Origin: Octopus bimaculoides
Taxonomy: Eukaryota
Assembly (NCBI RefSeq): GCF_001194135.2
Contig: NC_068991.1
Location: forward strand, 38,115,846-38,156,008
Length of the DNA stretch: 40,163 nt
Direction: 5' to 3'
The notes beneath the pieces are model-generated. The model saw only the letters and a list, made by a program, of their open reading frames with translations, made no database searches and was not told where the DNA came from. The translations under genes were made by a program, and so were the position numbers. Below, one piece after another: positions 1-11,861 of the stretch; the first letter of the stretch is position 1, and the number at the start of each line of letters is the position of its first letter.

Positions 1-367
1 ATATATATATATATATAACACGCACACATCCACACGTCAAAGTCACTAGCCCCTATCCACACGTATACACTTACACACTCCCACATACGCACACGCACGC
101 ACATCTTCGTTTTGGGATCACCAACACTTTATCATCTCCCCTTCTTCCTAGCTCTCCTGTCCAACTACCTTTTTCCAACCAGTCGCCATGAATGATCGCT
201 AAATCCACAAGTTTTTTATTCTCTCTCTGTTTATTTCATCGTATTCCGTTCTGTTGAAGAGAACAGGCTCAAAACATAAAAGACTTTCTGACTTTCCCGA
301 GCATCGAACTAATACACCTGTTTGTTATTTATACACAGTCTTCGTCTTTTGCTTTTTTGTAATTTTT

Positions 368-794
368 TGTATCCGCTTCGACTAGTTTCCAGCCCATCAT
401 TATCCACCTTAGTCTCAGGTCTACCATGGGGCTGATTTTCAAGAGTAAAGTCCCCAGACCGGAACTTCTCAAACCATCAACGTACAGTGCGCTCATTCGC
501 TACATCTTCACCAAACACCTCATTGACGTTTCGAGCTGTCTGGGATGCATTGGTTCCACGACGGAACTCATTCATAAGCAACACGAATTCTTGATTCATG
601 CATGGGTTCACAAAAATTGATTTGCAAGAGAAGATTCACAATATAATCAGACATCATGAATTGCATTTCGAAAAGTGATGATGTAACTCTTCAATGTTGT
701 AAATCAAAGAATTGTCAGGATTAAACAATAGAGCTAATGATTGTCAAACTTGGTGCTAAAGAAAATCGGACATTTCATTCTTAATGACCTGATA
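368..794 (-). mobile_element. Mariner (Tc1/mariner) DNA transposon, 5' fragment with left TIR and degenerate transposase N-terminus
   Basis: Minus strand from 603 reads MHESRIRVAYE/(fs)EFRRGTNASQTARNVNEVFGEDVANERTVR*WFEKFRSGDFTLENQPHGRPETKVDNDGL/(fs)LVEADT, the mariner HTH DNA-binding region. A TIR-like start TCAGGTCATTAAGAATGAAATGTCCGATTTT is preceded by TA at 793-794. Confidence 0.9.
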
Positions 795-1274
795 TATGTG
801 TGTGTTGTTTATATATATGTGTGTGTGTGTGTGTGTTATTTACCCGCAGATCAATTCTGATTAAACAGATTCATAGTCAAAGGTGTTCTAGCTGTGACCA
901 TGCCGTCTCAGTTTCAAAAATAGTACACATCAGCATTAACCGATGCCTTTCTTTTTCAAGTACTAAGTGGCTGATTACGGAAAGGCATGTCCATGTATAT
1001 GTGTGTTTGTGCATGTTTGTGTTAATGTATGCACGCGTGTGTGTGCCTAAGTCTCTATGCTTGTGTGTGTTTCAGGGTTTCAGATGTATAAACATTACGA
1101 GAACACGTACAACACGCAGTATGAACGACCTCGTAATACACATGTGCGTTGATATTTTAGTAATTTTAAGATCAATTTCCCCGGATGAATATTAGTGCTT
1201 TTAATACATCATGAGAAGCGCCGACAACCACAATCACACGCACGCACACACACAGACTCACACACACAGACACA

Positions 1275-1330
<56 letters not shown>

Positions 1331-2082
1331 CACACGTACGCACGCACACTCAAACAGTCACGCAAGCACACGTACATATGCACAGTAGCAAACAAAATAT
1401 ATGCAAATCATGCCTCTCTTTTTCTCTCGTTCCATATTGCAAGCGCGAACTGCAATGTTAGTATTAACATAAATGACAGCTTTAAGGCCTAGTAACACGT
1501 CTCGCTCTTAATTGTTTTGTCCCGGGACATCATAAAAGACCGAGGTTAAGTTGTCAGTTGTATGTTTGCATCTTCACTAAGGATGTTTTTGTTCTTTGTT
1601 TTTGTAGTTGCCCAATCCCAGGTCAACTCCGAGCAGCCATCGTATCAATGACAAATTCATCCGTGACTACCTTGTCTTTGTGTGTGGTGGGAGGGAGAGA
1701 GTAATATGGGACACAATTACCGAATGTATTCGTTATTAGCAACGCAAGAAGTATTAGTCTTAAACAGCATTCTGTATATCTTACTTAGCGTGAATATACT
1801 GTTGGAAGCCGCAATACTGCGATACTCGTCTCAAGAAAGCATCTTGTAAAGACATATACTACTAAAAAGCACAGAAATATATCAGTTACAGACGAAAAGC
1901 GTCCAGCAGCGGTCATGGAAATATTACATCCAGATTTCTACTTTTTGAGTGTCCTCAGTAGCAAGTGTCCTCTTGCAACCGAATGCTTAGAGAAACTTTG
2001 CCTCTACTGATAGAAGGAAAAAGTTATTAACAAACCATTGCTGCTGCAAATAGCTGGCAGGCCGGATTACAACTCGTTAACA

Positions 2083-2299
2083 GCGGTGAGCTTGCAGAAT
2101 CGTTAGCACACTGGGCAATATGTTTAGCGGCATTTCGTCTGCTGCTACGTTCTGAGTTCAAATTCCACCGAAGTCGACATTGACTTTTATCCTTTTGGGG
2201 TCGATAAATTAAGTACCAGTGAAACACTGGAGAAGATGGGATCGACTTACTCTCTCGCCCTAAATTTCAGGCCTTGTGCCTATACTAGAAAGGTTATTA
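2083..2299 (+). mobile_element. tRNA-derived SINE, family A
   Basis: Head GCGGTGAGCTTGCAGAATCGTTAGC (A-box-like), B-box GAGTTCAAATTCC, central GGGGTCGATAAATTAAGTACCAG, tail CCTTGTGCCTATACTAGAAAGGTTATT; homologous to five other copies in the window. Confidence 0.85.
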
Positions 2300-2373
2300 G
2301 CGATGAAAGCAGTATTAGTTTAAAATAGCAATTTGCGTGCGGTTATCTTTCCTACCACTTTTCTTTTATTTGT

Positions 2374-2544
2374 TTTTTACTTGTTTCAGTCATTAGCTAT
2401 GCTGGGGCACTGTCTTAAAGAATTCTTATTCGAATGAATCGACCCTGGTGCTTTTTTTTTTCTTTTGAAGCCTAGTACTTATTCTATCCGCCTCTTTAAC
2501 CGAACCGCTAATTTATACGTTTCTTACCACACAGCCACGCCTGT
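2374..2544 (-). mobile_element. SINE family B, internally deleted copy
   Basis: TTTTACTTGTTTCAGTCATT..ATCGACCC..AAGCCTAGTACTTATTCTATC..CCGAACCGCTAA joined directly to the head end CTTACCACACAGCCACGCCTGT; matches 17295-17700 and 39788-40150. Confidence 0.75.
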
Positions 2545-3399
2545 GTATACTCTATATATTGTAGATTATGTACAGGAGATGCTTTCCCGATACGAATACC
2601 ACAGTTTTCTAAATTTTTACAGTAAGTTCACATTAAGATATACAGAATGTTAATTATCAAATGCATCCCCCATTTTTGTTGTTGTTTGATTTGAGTGAGA
2701 TCTGGCTCAGCAGACCCCCCGACAAAGTCTTCCAACTATGACTGCCTAAAATTTCATGCCTTTTAAGATGAAAAGGTACGATTAAAGAGAGATGTTTGCA
2801 ATCACGCAGAGAAACCCTCTTACTTGGTGTTTGATATAGTTGTCAAGGTCATCGTTGTCGTTGTTGCTGTCATTGTCGGTGATGTATGTCGTCGTTGTTG
2901 TTGTTCTTCCTCAGCCTCATGTCAACTCTGATCAAGCAGATTTGCAATCAAATGGCATTCAAGCCACGATCACAGTGTCTTTTTTTTAATCTTTTATTTC
3001 AGATTCACTGTATCTTGAAATTCATTATGCAGTGTGTTCTTTTTACACAACGAGCGGGTGTGGTTTGAAAGAGCTTTGATTGCTCTTTCTAGTAAATAAA
3101 GCGACCACGTAAAGCAGTGTTTCTCAAAGTGGGCGGTGCTGCCCCTTGAGGTGGTGGAACATTTTATATAAGTATTGGGGTCAAAGGGATAGTAGTGCTG
3201 ACAGATGTACCTGTATAGTTGTTTTAGTCTATGGTTATTTTCTCTGCCGATACTTCACTTGACTATATCGATTATACATTTATCACCAATTCCAGTGTAC
3301 TATGGCCTCGTATGATAACGATTGCGCTTGTTAACCACCACCTAACTAATTCACTAATCCGAACTCTGTATGCTTTGCGCATCGGAAGTGACGGATTGG

Positions 3400-4150
3400 G
3401 CTTCCAACAAGTGAATACCTGCCTATGAGTTCTATCCCTATATTACTCACGGGCAGATCCCTCTCAACCATCCTAATAAATACCCTACCTAGATAAGATC
3501 TGGATGACTCGAGGCAGTTGCTCCATATCCCTATTAGCTCGTCCAGGAAATCCAGTAAGTCCCTGTCAGGATAGCCGGCGCAAGGAAGTGCAAAGCTCAA
3601 TTAGGTAATTATCAGTGGGGCCCTCTACTCTACAAAAGCTGAAGATTGATGTTTTATACTTTGGACAGTACATCAGTCCCAGTCAAAACACCTTGAGAGC
3701 TTGAAATTCCATCATTAGCTCGAGCGTGCGCGCAGGGTCCGGTTTGAACAAATCTGCCTGATCGGCTTAAAACTAGCCCAGCTTCTGAGACTTTCCAACT
3801 CCCTAATTGGCGAGGCTTTTGCATTCTGATCACCTGTCAATTACTCCCACACATTCCAGAGTGCAATTTAAAAATGACATTTCAATTTTCCACAAGCATT
3901 CTAGAATTTTCTAAGAAATCTTCCAAACACCTGAAAAAAACCGCCGCATCGCCCCTGTTGGAGTATAAAAGTTTAGTATGAAGGCATGATTTACATTCGT
4001 GATCACGTCCAACATAACCAGGTTACCTTCTGGGTCCCGGAAGAGCGTCCAAAATATGAAGTCCAGACATTTCTACAACACTGTCACTCATCTCCCTGAT
4101 CCAGGATAACGTAGAGAGGTGTACACGACGTAACCATAGAAAATGGGCAC
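3400..4150 (-). mobile_element. Degenerate L1/Tx1-clade LINE apurinic endonuclease (APE) fragment
   Basis: Frameshifted minus-strand peptides DPEGNLVMLDV, FILNFYTPTG, FRCLEDFLENSRMLV and WSNCLESSRSYLGRVFIR match APE motifs (xxYAP, the GDxN region, SRxDxxF) in the expected order. Confidence 0.6.
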
Positions 4151-4411
4151 GCCATATACATTTGCGATACTTCCTCGGAATAAAGTAACTTGTTACTTGA
4201 AAAGGTGAAATTGTGAGGTTACATTGTTTGTGTGAAAGAAGGGTAACTGCGAATATGTCCCCTAGTAGAGTTTTTAATTAACTATACCTCGGATATGCAC
4301 CCTCCAGCAGCACCACACACACACATTCACAACACACAGGCACAGATCTTTCGGGAAATGTCTTCTGCAAAAACTAAAGATATTATACATAGTTTTTAAG
4401 ATGAGTATGGG

Positions 4412-4752
4412 GGAGGCACAATGGCCCAGTGGTTAGGGCATCGGACTCGCGGTCATAGGATCGCGGTTTCGATTCCACGAGGCTCCGGCAGGGGATGGTG
4501 GCGAACTCTGCTGTACTCTTCCACCACAACTTTCTTTCACTCTAACTTCCTGTTTCTGTTGTGCCTGTAATTCAAAGGGTCAACCTTGTCACACTGTGTC
4601 ACGCTGAATATCCATATGAACTACGTTATGGGTACACGTGTCTGTGGAGTGCTCAGCCACTTGCACGTTAATTTCACGAGCAGGCTGTTCTGTTGAACCC
4701 TCAACTGGAACGCTCGACGTCGTAAGCGACGGAGTGCCAACAACAAACAACA
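4412..4752 (+). mobile_element. tRNA-derived SINE, family C variant 1
   Basis: A-box TGGCCCAGTGG and B-box-like GTTTCGATTCC. The 3' ~170 nt (CCTTGTCACAC..GTGTCACGCTGAAT..CTACGTTA..CGACGGAGTGC) are shared with 10153-10449, followed by a (CAA)-type tail. Confidence 0.85.
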
Positions 4753-5087
4753 AGATGAGTATGTGTGGTAGTATGATGTGGCATTGTCTTATGAAGAGCT
4801 TGTCTGTCTGTTCACTTAAATAGCCATCTTCTTCTTTTTCTTCTTCTCTTTCTTTTTGTACATATACATGTGCGTGTGTGTGTATATGTGTGTGTGCGTT
4901 CGTGTGCGTTCGTGTGCACGTGCGCATATGTGTGTTTGTATGTGATCGCATTGCCATTGACCTGGTCGCAGTTCCACCGATGAAAATTTTGACACCACAT
5001 AACAAGTTATAGATGTTTAAATGAAGTTAACAGTCTTTGTGTGTTTTTATATGGCCAACATGTCTTCCACGCTCCACTCGTATATAC

Positions 5088-5118
<31 letters not shown>

Positions 5119-5796
5119 NNNNNNNNNNNNNNNNNNNNNNNNNNNNNNNNNNNNNNNNNNNNNNNNNNNNNNNNNNNNNNNNNNNNNNNNNNNNNNNNNN
5201 NNNNNNNNNNNNNNNNNNNNNNNNNNNNNNNNNNNNNNNNNNNNNNNNNNNNNNNNNNNNNNNNNNNNNNNNNNNNNNNNNNNNNNNNNNNNNNNNNNNN
5301 NNNNNNNNNNNNNNNNNNNNNNNNNNNNNNNNNNNNNNNNNNNNNNNNNNNNNNNNNNNNNNNNNNNNNNNNNNNNNNNNNNNNNNNNNNNNNNNNNNNN
5401 NNNNNNNNNNNNNNNNNNNNNNNNNNNNNNNNNNNNNNNNNNNNNNNNNNNNNNNNNNNNNNNNNNNNNNNNNNNNNNNNNNNNNNNNNNNNNNNNNNNN
5501 NNNNNNNNNNNNNNNNNNNNNNNNNNNNNNNNNNNNNNNNNNNNNNNNNNNNNNNNNNNNNNNNNNNNNNNNNNNNNNNNNNNNNNNNNNNNNNNNNNNN
5601 NNCACGTTTATGAATTTCTCTTGCAAGACTCTTGATGTGAGTGAAATCGTGTGTTGAAACAGGCATTGCTGCATTCCGGGATGGTCATTTTTTGTTTTCT
5701 TTTTCTTTTCCTTTCTTTTCTTTGCCAAATAAACTCATGCACTATATAATTGTTCTTCACTCGTTTACTACTCTTCTTATTCGAACTCATGTCCAT

Positions 5797-5841
5797 TGTC
5801 CGGAAATCTTTCGTCAAACATCTGTGACCTCTTCAGCGACA
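5797..5841 (-). ncRNA. Minimal type I hammerhead ribozyme motif (PLE-type), slightly degenerate
   Basis: Minus strand UGUCG-CUGAAGA-G-GUCA(cagauguu)UGAC-GAAA-GAUU-UC-CGGACA. Core intact, 4-bp stem II, wobble-palindromic stem III AGAUUU, stem I 5 bp with a 1-nt bulge. Confidence 0.55.
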
Positions 5842-6877
5842 CTTTTCGTTTTCGTTTGGGTTCTTGCTCCACTTACTCCATCCTGCTCTTCTATGATGTG
5901 TATACTTATGTGCGCATGCGTTTGAATCCGTGTTTGTGTGTGCGTGTGCATGTGTGGTATGCGTATGTGTATGTGTGTGTGTACGCTTGTATGTGTGTCA
6001 TTACACTTAGCACCAATAGGGCATTCCCCTCAGCCCCTTCCGCTTACCCCGTTGTGCTGCTGCTGTCCTAGGACCCGAAAATATGGTACAGTTCCTGTAT
6101 CTCTCTGGGTTTGTGTCTTTGCCCACGGTGTTGCCATCATGGTAGTTGTTGTTATTGCCATCGTTGTCACCGACGCTGCTGCTGTCATTGCTAGTCGTGT
6201 TGTTGATACTGTTGCGGCCATCTGTGAAGTTATTGTGTGTGTGTTTGTGTGTGTATATGGGTTCGCTTTTATGTTGTTTGTATCCAAGCCCTTTATATAG
6301 ATTTATTTATTTATTTTCTTTTCTTTAATTCTTTTATTTATCTCTATTTCTTATATTTATCACAGGTGTGTGACAAATATATTTTTTTTAATTTTATTTA
6401 TCTCTCTTTATTTCTTATATGTATCACAGATATGTGCATATATGTCTATTGTGCGAATTACTCTGTTTTGTGTTAGTGTTTTATTTACCATTATTTTCCC
6501 CCTTCTTTTCTCTTTTGTTTCTAGTCATATGGTGTTCAGGTGGGTGTCATTGTTCCATTCGTGCTTTTTATTCACGCTCGGTCTCTCTACTGCTATGTGT
6601 GTAGCCTCTGTAATCTAAGTCAGTTTTATGCGTCGATAATACTTTAACATTTGGCAAAAAAAGAAAAAAAAACAAATCGAAAAAAAGACCATCTCAAAAT
6701 ACAACAATACAAAAATAAGAGGAATGACCAGCAAAAGTGGACTCCTATATGCTAGAAATAGATACCGAATCATCTAACCATGAAAGAAAAAAAAAATGTT
6801 CTCAGTAAAAAATTTAGCGACACAACAGATTGTAAAAGGGCAAGACAAATGAAAAAATACTAAAAAAAACGATTAAC

Positions 6878-6943
6878 CTACGGTACCATGGTTTCACCTG
6901 TTAAAATTTACATAAGTAAATATCTGCAGGATCATCAGCGTAG
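6878..6943 (-). ncRNA. Type I hammerhead motif, inverted copy with an extra C at the cleavage junction
   Basis: Reverse complement of the left arm has the same core with a perfect CCUG/CAGG stem II, but reads GUA-C-CGUAG. Confidence 0.6.
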
Positions 6944-6956
6944 TCTGTCGATTTGA

Positions 6957-7021
6957 CTACGCTGATGATCCTGCAGATATTTACTTATGTAACTTTTAAT
7001 AGGTGAAACCATGGTACGTAG
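6957..7021 (+). ncRNA. Type I hammerhead ribozyme motif
   Basis: CUACG-CUGAUGA-U-CCUG...UAGG-U-GAAA-CCAUG-GUA-CGUAG. Stem I CUACG/CGUAG, perfect palindrome ACCAUGGU (7008-7015) as stem III, GUA cleavage triplet (predicted cut 7016/7017). Confidence 0.75.
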
Positions 7022-7396
7022 GNNNNNNNNNNNNNNNNNNNNNNNNNNNNNNNNNNNNNNNNNNNNNNNNNNNNNNNNNNNNNNNNNNNNNNNNNNNNNN
7101 NNNNNNNNNNNNNNNNNNNNNNNNNNNNNNNNNNNNNNNNNNNNNNNNNNNNNNNNNNNNNNNNNNNNNNNNNNNNNNNNNNNNNNNNNNNNNNNNNNNN
7201 NNNNNNNNNNNNNNNNNNNNNNNNNNNNNNNNNNNNNNNNNNNNNNNNNNNNNNNNNNNNNNNNNNNNNNNNNNNNNNNNNNNNNNNNNNNNNNNNNNNN
7301 NNNNNNNNNNNNNNNNNNNNNNNNNNNNNNNNNNNNNNNNNNNNNNNNNNNNNGTGTGTGTGTGTGTGTGTATGAATGTATGTGTATATATATATG

Positions 7397-7431
<35 letters not shown>

Positions 7432-7920
7432 AAATAATAATGGTGAAAAATTGAATATTAGTTTGATTAATATCAATTTAAAACCAATGGCCTAGCATAT
7501 TGAAAAATCTGAAGGTTCAGAAAAATTATATCACATACATATAACAGGGATGACCACTAAGTGGACATCCATTATGCCAGAAGACCACCTATGGTCTGAC
7601 CACTAAGAAACGATTGTTCTCAAGAAAATTCAGCAAACGCCAGTACGTAAGCGAGCAAAACAAATGAAAAGATACAAAATATAGAGATTAATCACAAACC
7701 CACTTTCGTTGTTACCACTTACGCAAATGTGTTACCGCTTACTGCAACTCACTAGTGTGATCGTCATAGCAATATAATTTGCAGAACTATACACGAGACG
7801 TCTGCATGAGATTCAGCATGTATATAGTTCTACCAACTACATTTGGGGTTATATTTCAAAAGTCTTCCTTTTGGCGCGCCAAATACCAGAAATAATTCTG
7901 CAGAAAATAATTCTCTGCAG

Positions 7921-8085
7921 TAAATGCTGGTTTGTTTACGTCACCGTAAAAGCGATTCGGCAAAATAGACCGATAGAATAAATACTAGACGTACAAATAA
8001 TAAGTCATGGGGTCGATTTGCTCGACTAAAGGCGGTGCTCCAGTATGGTCGCAGTCAAATGACTGAAACAAATAAAGTATAAAAG
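7921..8085 (+). mobile_element. SINE family B, 3' half
   Basis: GTTTACGTCACCGTAA..GACCGATAGAATAAATACTAG..GGGGTCGATTTGCTCGACTAAAGGCGGTGCTCCAGTATGGTCGCAGTCAAATGACTGAAACAA. Confidence 0.85.
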
Positions 8086-8303
8086 AATATATATANNNNN
8101 NNNNNNNNNNNNNNNNNNNNNNNNNNNNNNNNNNNNNNNNNNNNNNNNNNNNNNNNNNNNNNNNNNNNNNNNNNNNNNNNNNNNNNNNNNNNNNNNNNNN
8201 NNNNNNNNNNNNNNNNNNNNNNNNNNNNNNNNNNNNNNNNNNNNNNNNNNNNNNNNNNNNNNNNNNNNNNNNNNNNNNNNNNNNNNNNNNNNNNNNNNNN
8301 NNN

Positions 8304-8335
<32 letters not shown>

Positions 8336-8820
8336 CTTACATACATATATTATTTTACTATGTGCATTTATAATTCATAACACATATACAATATATAAAC
8401 ATACACACGCAAACGCATATACATACATGTACATAATTTATCAACGATATTATGATATTAGTACATATTTCATTGACGTACGTAGGCTAAAGCAGTCAGT
8501 TCAAACGCACCAGTGTTTAGATGGATTCAGAATCTCAAATGAATACATCATGCTACTAAATGACCATGTGAAATAACCTCCTACTATAGGCCAGTTCAAT
8601 GCCAATTACAGTCCCTAAAACATCATATTTATATACATACATACATACATGTGTGTGTGTGTCTGTAGATATATACAGATAGATAGAAAGACAGATAGAT
8701 AGATAGATAGATAGATACATAGATAGATAGATATCTTTTAATTATAGCCACACAGGGCTAAATACAGAAAATGGACAAATTACAATGTAGAGCTTTTCTT
8801 TGGGGGGAAAAGGGGGGATA

Positions 8821-8913
8821 ATTTCGATCAAAAGGGATCGCGGAAAAAAAAGGTGGGGATTTCGATCAAAAGGGATCGCGGGAAAAAAAGTGGGGGGCGA
8901 TCAATAGGGATCG
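8821..8913. repeat. ~38-bp tandem repeat x2.5, each unit containing a CGATC-N6-GATCG hairpin
   Basis: Units start at 8821, 8859 and ~8897. Confidence 0.85.
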
Positions 8914-10152
8914 TGTATCACAGTCAATGTAAAAAAACGGGGAACAGATTAGGTTTATCCGTGGAGAGAAAAGCCTACGGAAAAGACTACGGTCACCTCA
9001 GGCTTCTTTTTTTAAAGGTACATGAAAGTAAGTACCTTCTCTCTTTTTGTCTCTTTTTGTTACTAGTCTATGCTTANNNNNNNNNNNNNNNNNNNNNNNN
9101 NNNNNNNNNNNNNNNNNNNNNNNNNNNNNNNNNNNNNNNNNNNNNNNNNNNNNNNNNNNNNNNNNNNNNNNNNNNNNNNNNNNNNNNNNNNNNNNNNNNN
9201 NNNNNNNNNNNNNNNNNNNNNNNNNNNNNNNNNNNNNNNNNNNNNNNNNNNNNNNNNNNNNNNNNNNNNNNNNNNNNNNNNNNNNNNNNNNNNNNNNNNN
9301 NNNNNNNNNNNNNNNNNNNNNNNNNNNNNNNNNNNNNNNNNNNNNNNNNNNNNNNNNNNNNNNNNNNNNNNNNNNNNNNNNNNNNNNNNNNNNNNNNNNN
9401 NNNNNNNNNNNNNNNNNNNNNNNNNNNNNNNNNNNNNNNNNNNNNNNNNNNNNNNNNNNNNNNNNNNNNNNNNNNNNNNNNNNNNNNNNNNNNNNNNNNN
9501 NNNNNNNNNNNNNNNNNNNNNNNNNNNNNNNNNNNNNNNNNNNNNNNNNNNNNNNNNNNNNNNNNNNNNNNNNNNNNNNNNNNNNNNNNNNNNNNNNNNN
9601 NNNNNNNNNNNNNNNNNNNNNNNNNNNNNNNNNNNNNNNNNNNNNNNNNNNNNNNNNNNNNNNNNNNNNNNNNNNNNNNNNNNNNNNNNNNNNNNNNNNN
9701 NNNNNNNNNNNNNNNNNNNNNNNNNNNNNNNNNNNNNNNNNNNNNNNNNNNNNNNNNNNNNNNNNNNNNNNNNNNNNNNNNNNNNNNNNNNNNNNNNNNN
9801 NNNNNNNNNNNNNNNNNNNNNNNNNNNNNNNNNNNNNNNNNNNNNNNNNNNNNNNNNNNNNNNNNNNNNNNNNNNNNNNNNNNNNNNNNNNNNNNNNNNN
9901 NNNNNNNNNNNNNNNNNNNNNNNNNNNNNNNNNNNNNNNNNNNNNNNNNNNNNNNNNNNNNNNNNNNNNNNNNNNNNNNNNNNNNNNNNNNNNNNNNNNN
10001 NNNNNNNNNNNNNNNNNNNNNNNNNNNNNNNNNNNNNNNNNNNNNNNNNNNNNNNNNNNNNNNATATATATATACATATATATATATCAATTATTTTACC
10101 TTCTATACATATTCATATATACTCACTGCTAGTTTTATATACACATTTAGAG

Positions 10153-10449
10153 GGAGCACTCCGTCGGTTACGACGACGAGGGTCCCAGCTGATACGATCG
10201 ACGAAACACTTTGCTTCTGAACAGACACACGTGCACCCTTAACGTAGTCCTCAGGGTGATTCAGCGTGACACAGAGTCTGACAAGGCTGACCTCTTGGAA
10301 TACAGTTACTGCTCATTTTTGCCAGCTGAGTGGACTGGAGCAACGTGAAATAAAGTGTCTTGCTCAAGGACACAACGCGTCGCCAGGAATTGAACTCGTG
10401 ACCTTACGATCGTGAGCCGAATGCCCTAACCACTAAGCCACGCACCTTC
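10153..10449 (-). mobile_element. tRNA-derived SINE, family C variant 2
   Basis: Reverse complement: TGGCTTAGTGGTTAGGGC (A-box), GAGTTCAATTCC (B-box), GTTGTGTCCTTGAGCAAGACACTT domain, and a 3' end CGTCGTAACCGACGGAGTGC shared with 4412-4752. Confidence 0.9.
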
Positions 10450-11861
10450 ATATTATTACATACACATATAATCTATATGAATGTAAATTATTATGTGTGA
10501 ATGTATGTGAGCCAGCAGACATACTTACATATCATATTTATAAACATATGTAATGTCTGTATACATACATATATACATACATACACATGCACGCACATAT
10601 TAATATGTATATATATAAGATATATATAAATGTGTGTGTATGTGTAATGCAAACATGAATACGTACACACTCACACACACTTTCATGNNNNNNNNNNNNN
10701 NNNNNNNNNNNNNNNNNNNNNNNNNNNNNNNNNNNNNNNNNNNNNNNNNNNNNNNNNNNNNNNNNNNNNNNNNNNNNNNNNNNNNNNNNNNNNNNNNNNN
10801 NNNNNNNNNNNNNNNNNNNNNNNNNNNNNNNNNNNNNNNNNNNNNNNNNNNNNNNNNNNNNNNNNNNNNNNNNNNNNNNNNNNNNNNNNNNNNNNNNNNN
10901 NNNNNNNNNNNNNNNNNNNNNNNNNNNNNNNNNNNNNNNNNNNNNNNNNNNNNNNNNNNNNNNNNNNNNNNNNNNNNNNNNNNNNNNNNNNNNNNNNNNN
11001 NNNNNNNNNNNNNNNNNNNNNNNNNNNNNNNNNNNNNNNNNNNNNNNNNNNNNNNNNNNNNNNNNNNNNNNNNNNNNNNNNNNNNNNNNNNNNNNNNNNN
11101 NNNNNNNNNNNNNNNNNNNNNNNNNNNNNNNNNNNNNNNNNNNTATATATTCATCACACTTTATGGCAGCATTTCCCTTAAAAGCGAAAAGACTCATAGG
11201 TGGACGGGCGGAATGATCAAGTCTTTGAATCCAGCTATAGAAAACCAATTAACACCAAATGACAGCATACTCCTCTATGCCACTTTGCCTGATGGTTCTG
11301 CCAATAGAACCTATAAAGTTTGCCGTCAGGTGGCGCTCTACCAGCTAATTTGTTTTTCTTGTTTGGATTTTGCACTTTTATTTTGTTAATATATTTCCTT
11401 CTTATTTTGTCGCTGTTTATTTCTATTTGGAATTGCTTTATATATTTATTTACATCTCGTATTCTTTTTTTTTCTATGATTTGTTATATGTCTGCTTCAC
11501 ATAAGAAGATGTAATTGTTGTTGTTGTCGTTGCTTCTGTTGCATTTTCTTGACGTGGTCGTCGCCGTTGTTGTTGATGTTGTTGTTGTTGCTGCTGCTGC
11601 TGCCGCTGCTTCTATTGTTGTTGTTGTTGTTTTCGTAGATGTTGCTCTTGCTTTTGTTGGTGCTCTTACTTTTGAATGGCTTATATGTGTGCGTGTATCT
11701 GTGTGGTGTGTGTGTGTGTGTGTGTGTGTATGTTTGTGTGTGTGTGTGTGATAGTGTGTCCGCTTGTGTGCGTGGGCATGGAGTGGATTTAAGTATTAAA
11801 CAGTTAATAGGGTGAAAGTGAAGGACAGAGATAAAAGCTGAGAAAAGAGAAAGAAAGAGAG

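Larger units (their letters stand above)
1612..2995 (+). repeat. Two, possibly three, diverged copies of a short interspersed repeat (~1615-1680, ~2915-2990; weaker at ~2695-2750)
   Basis: Shared blocks GTCAACTC..AGCAG..ATCAA(A)TG..ATTCA ending in TGTCTTT; compared by eye only. Confidence 0.3.
6877..7022. repeat. Near-perfect inverted repeat, arms 6877-6945 and 6955-7022, 9-nt spacer
   Basis: 69/68-nt arms differ by 2 substitutions and 1 indel. The right arm runs into an N gap. Confidence 0.95.

Noticed and set aside
248-285. Possible relic hammerhead TTGAAGA-GAACAGGCTC-AAAACATA
   Set aside because: It needs several back-mutations (C3, G12, stem II, stem III), and stem I does not pair. Not supportable from this copy alone.
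7780-7835. Short inverted repeat AGAACTATACAC / GTATATAGTTCT
   Set aside because: 12-bp imperfect arms are expected by chance in AT-rich sequence.
11144-11389. Open frame YGSISLK..YATLPDGSANRTYKVCRQ as a possible exon
   Set aside because: It begins at a gap edge, has a weak donor and no recognisable homology.
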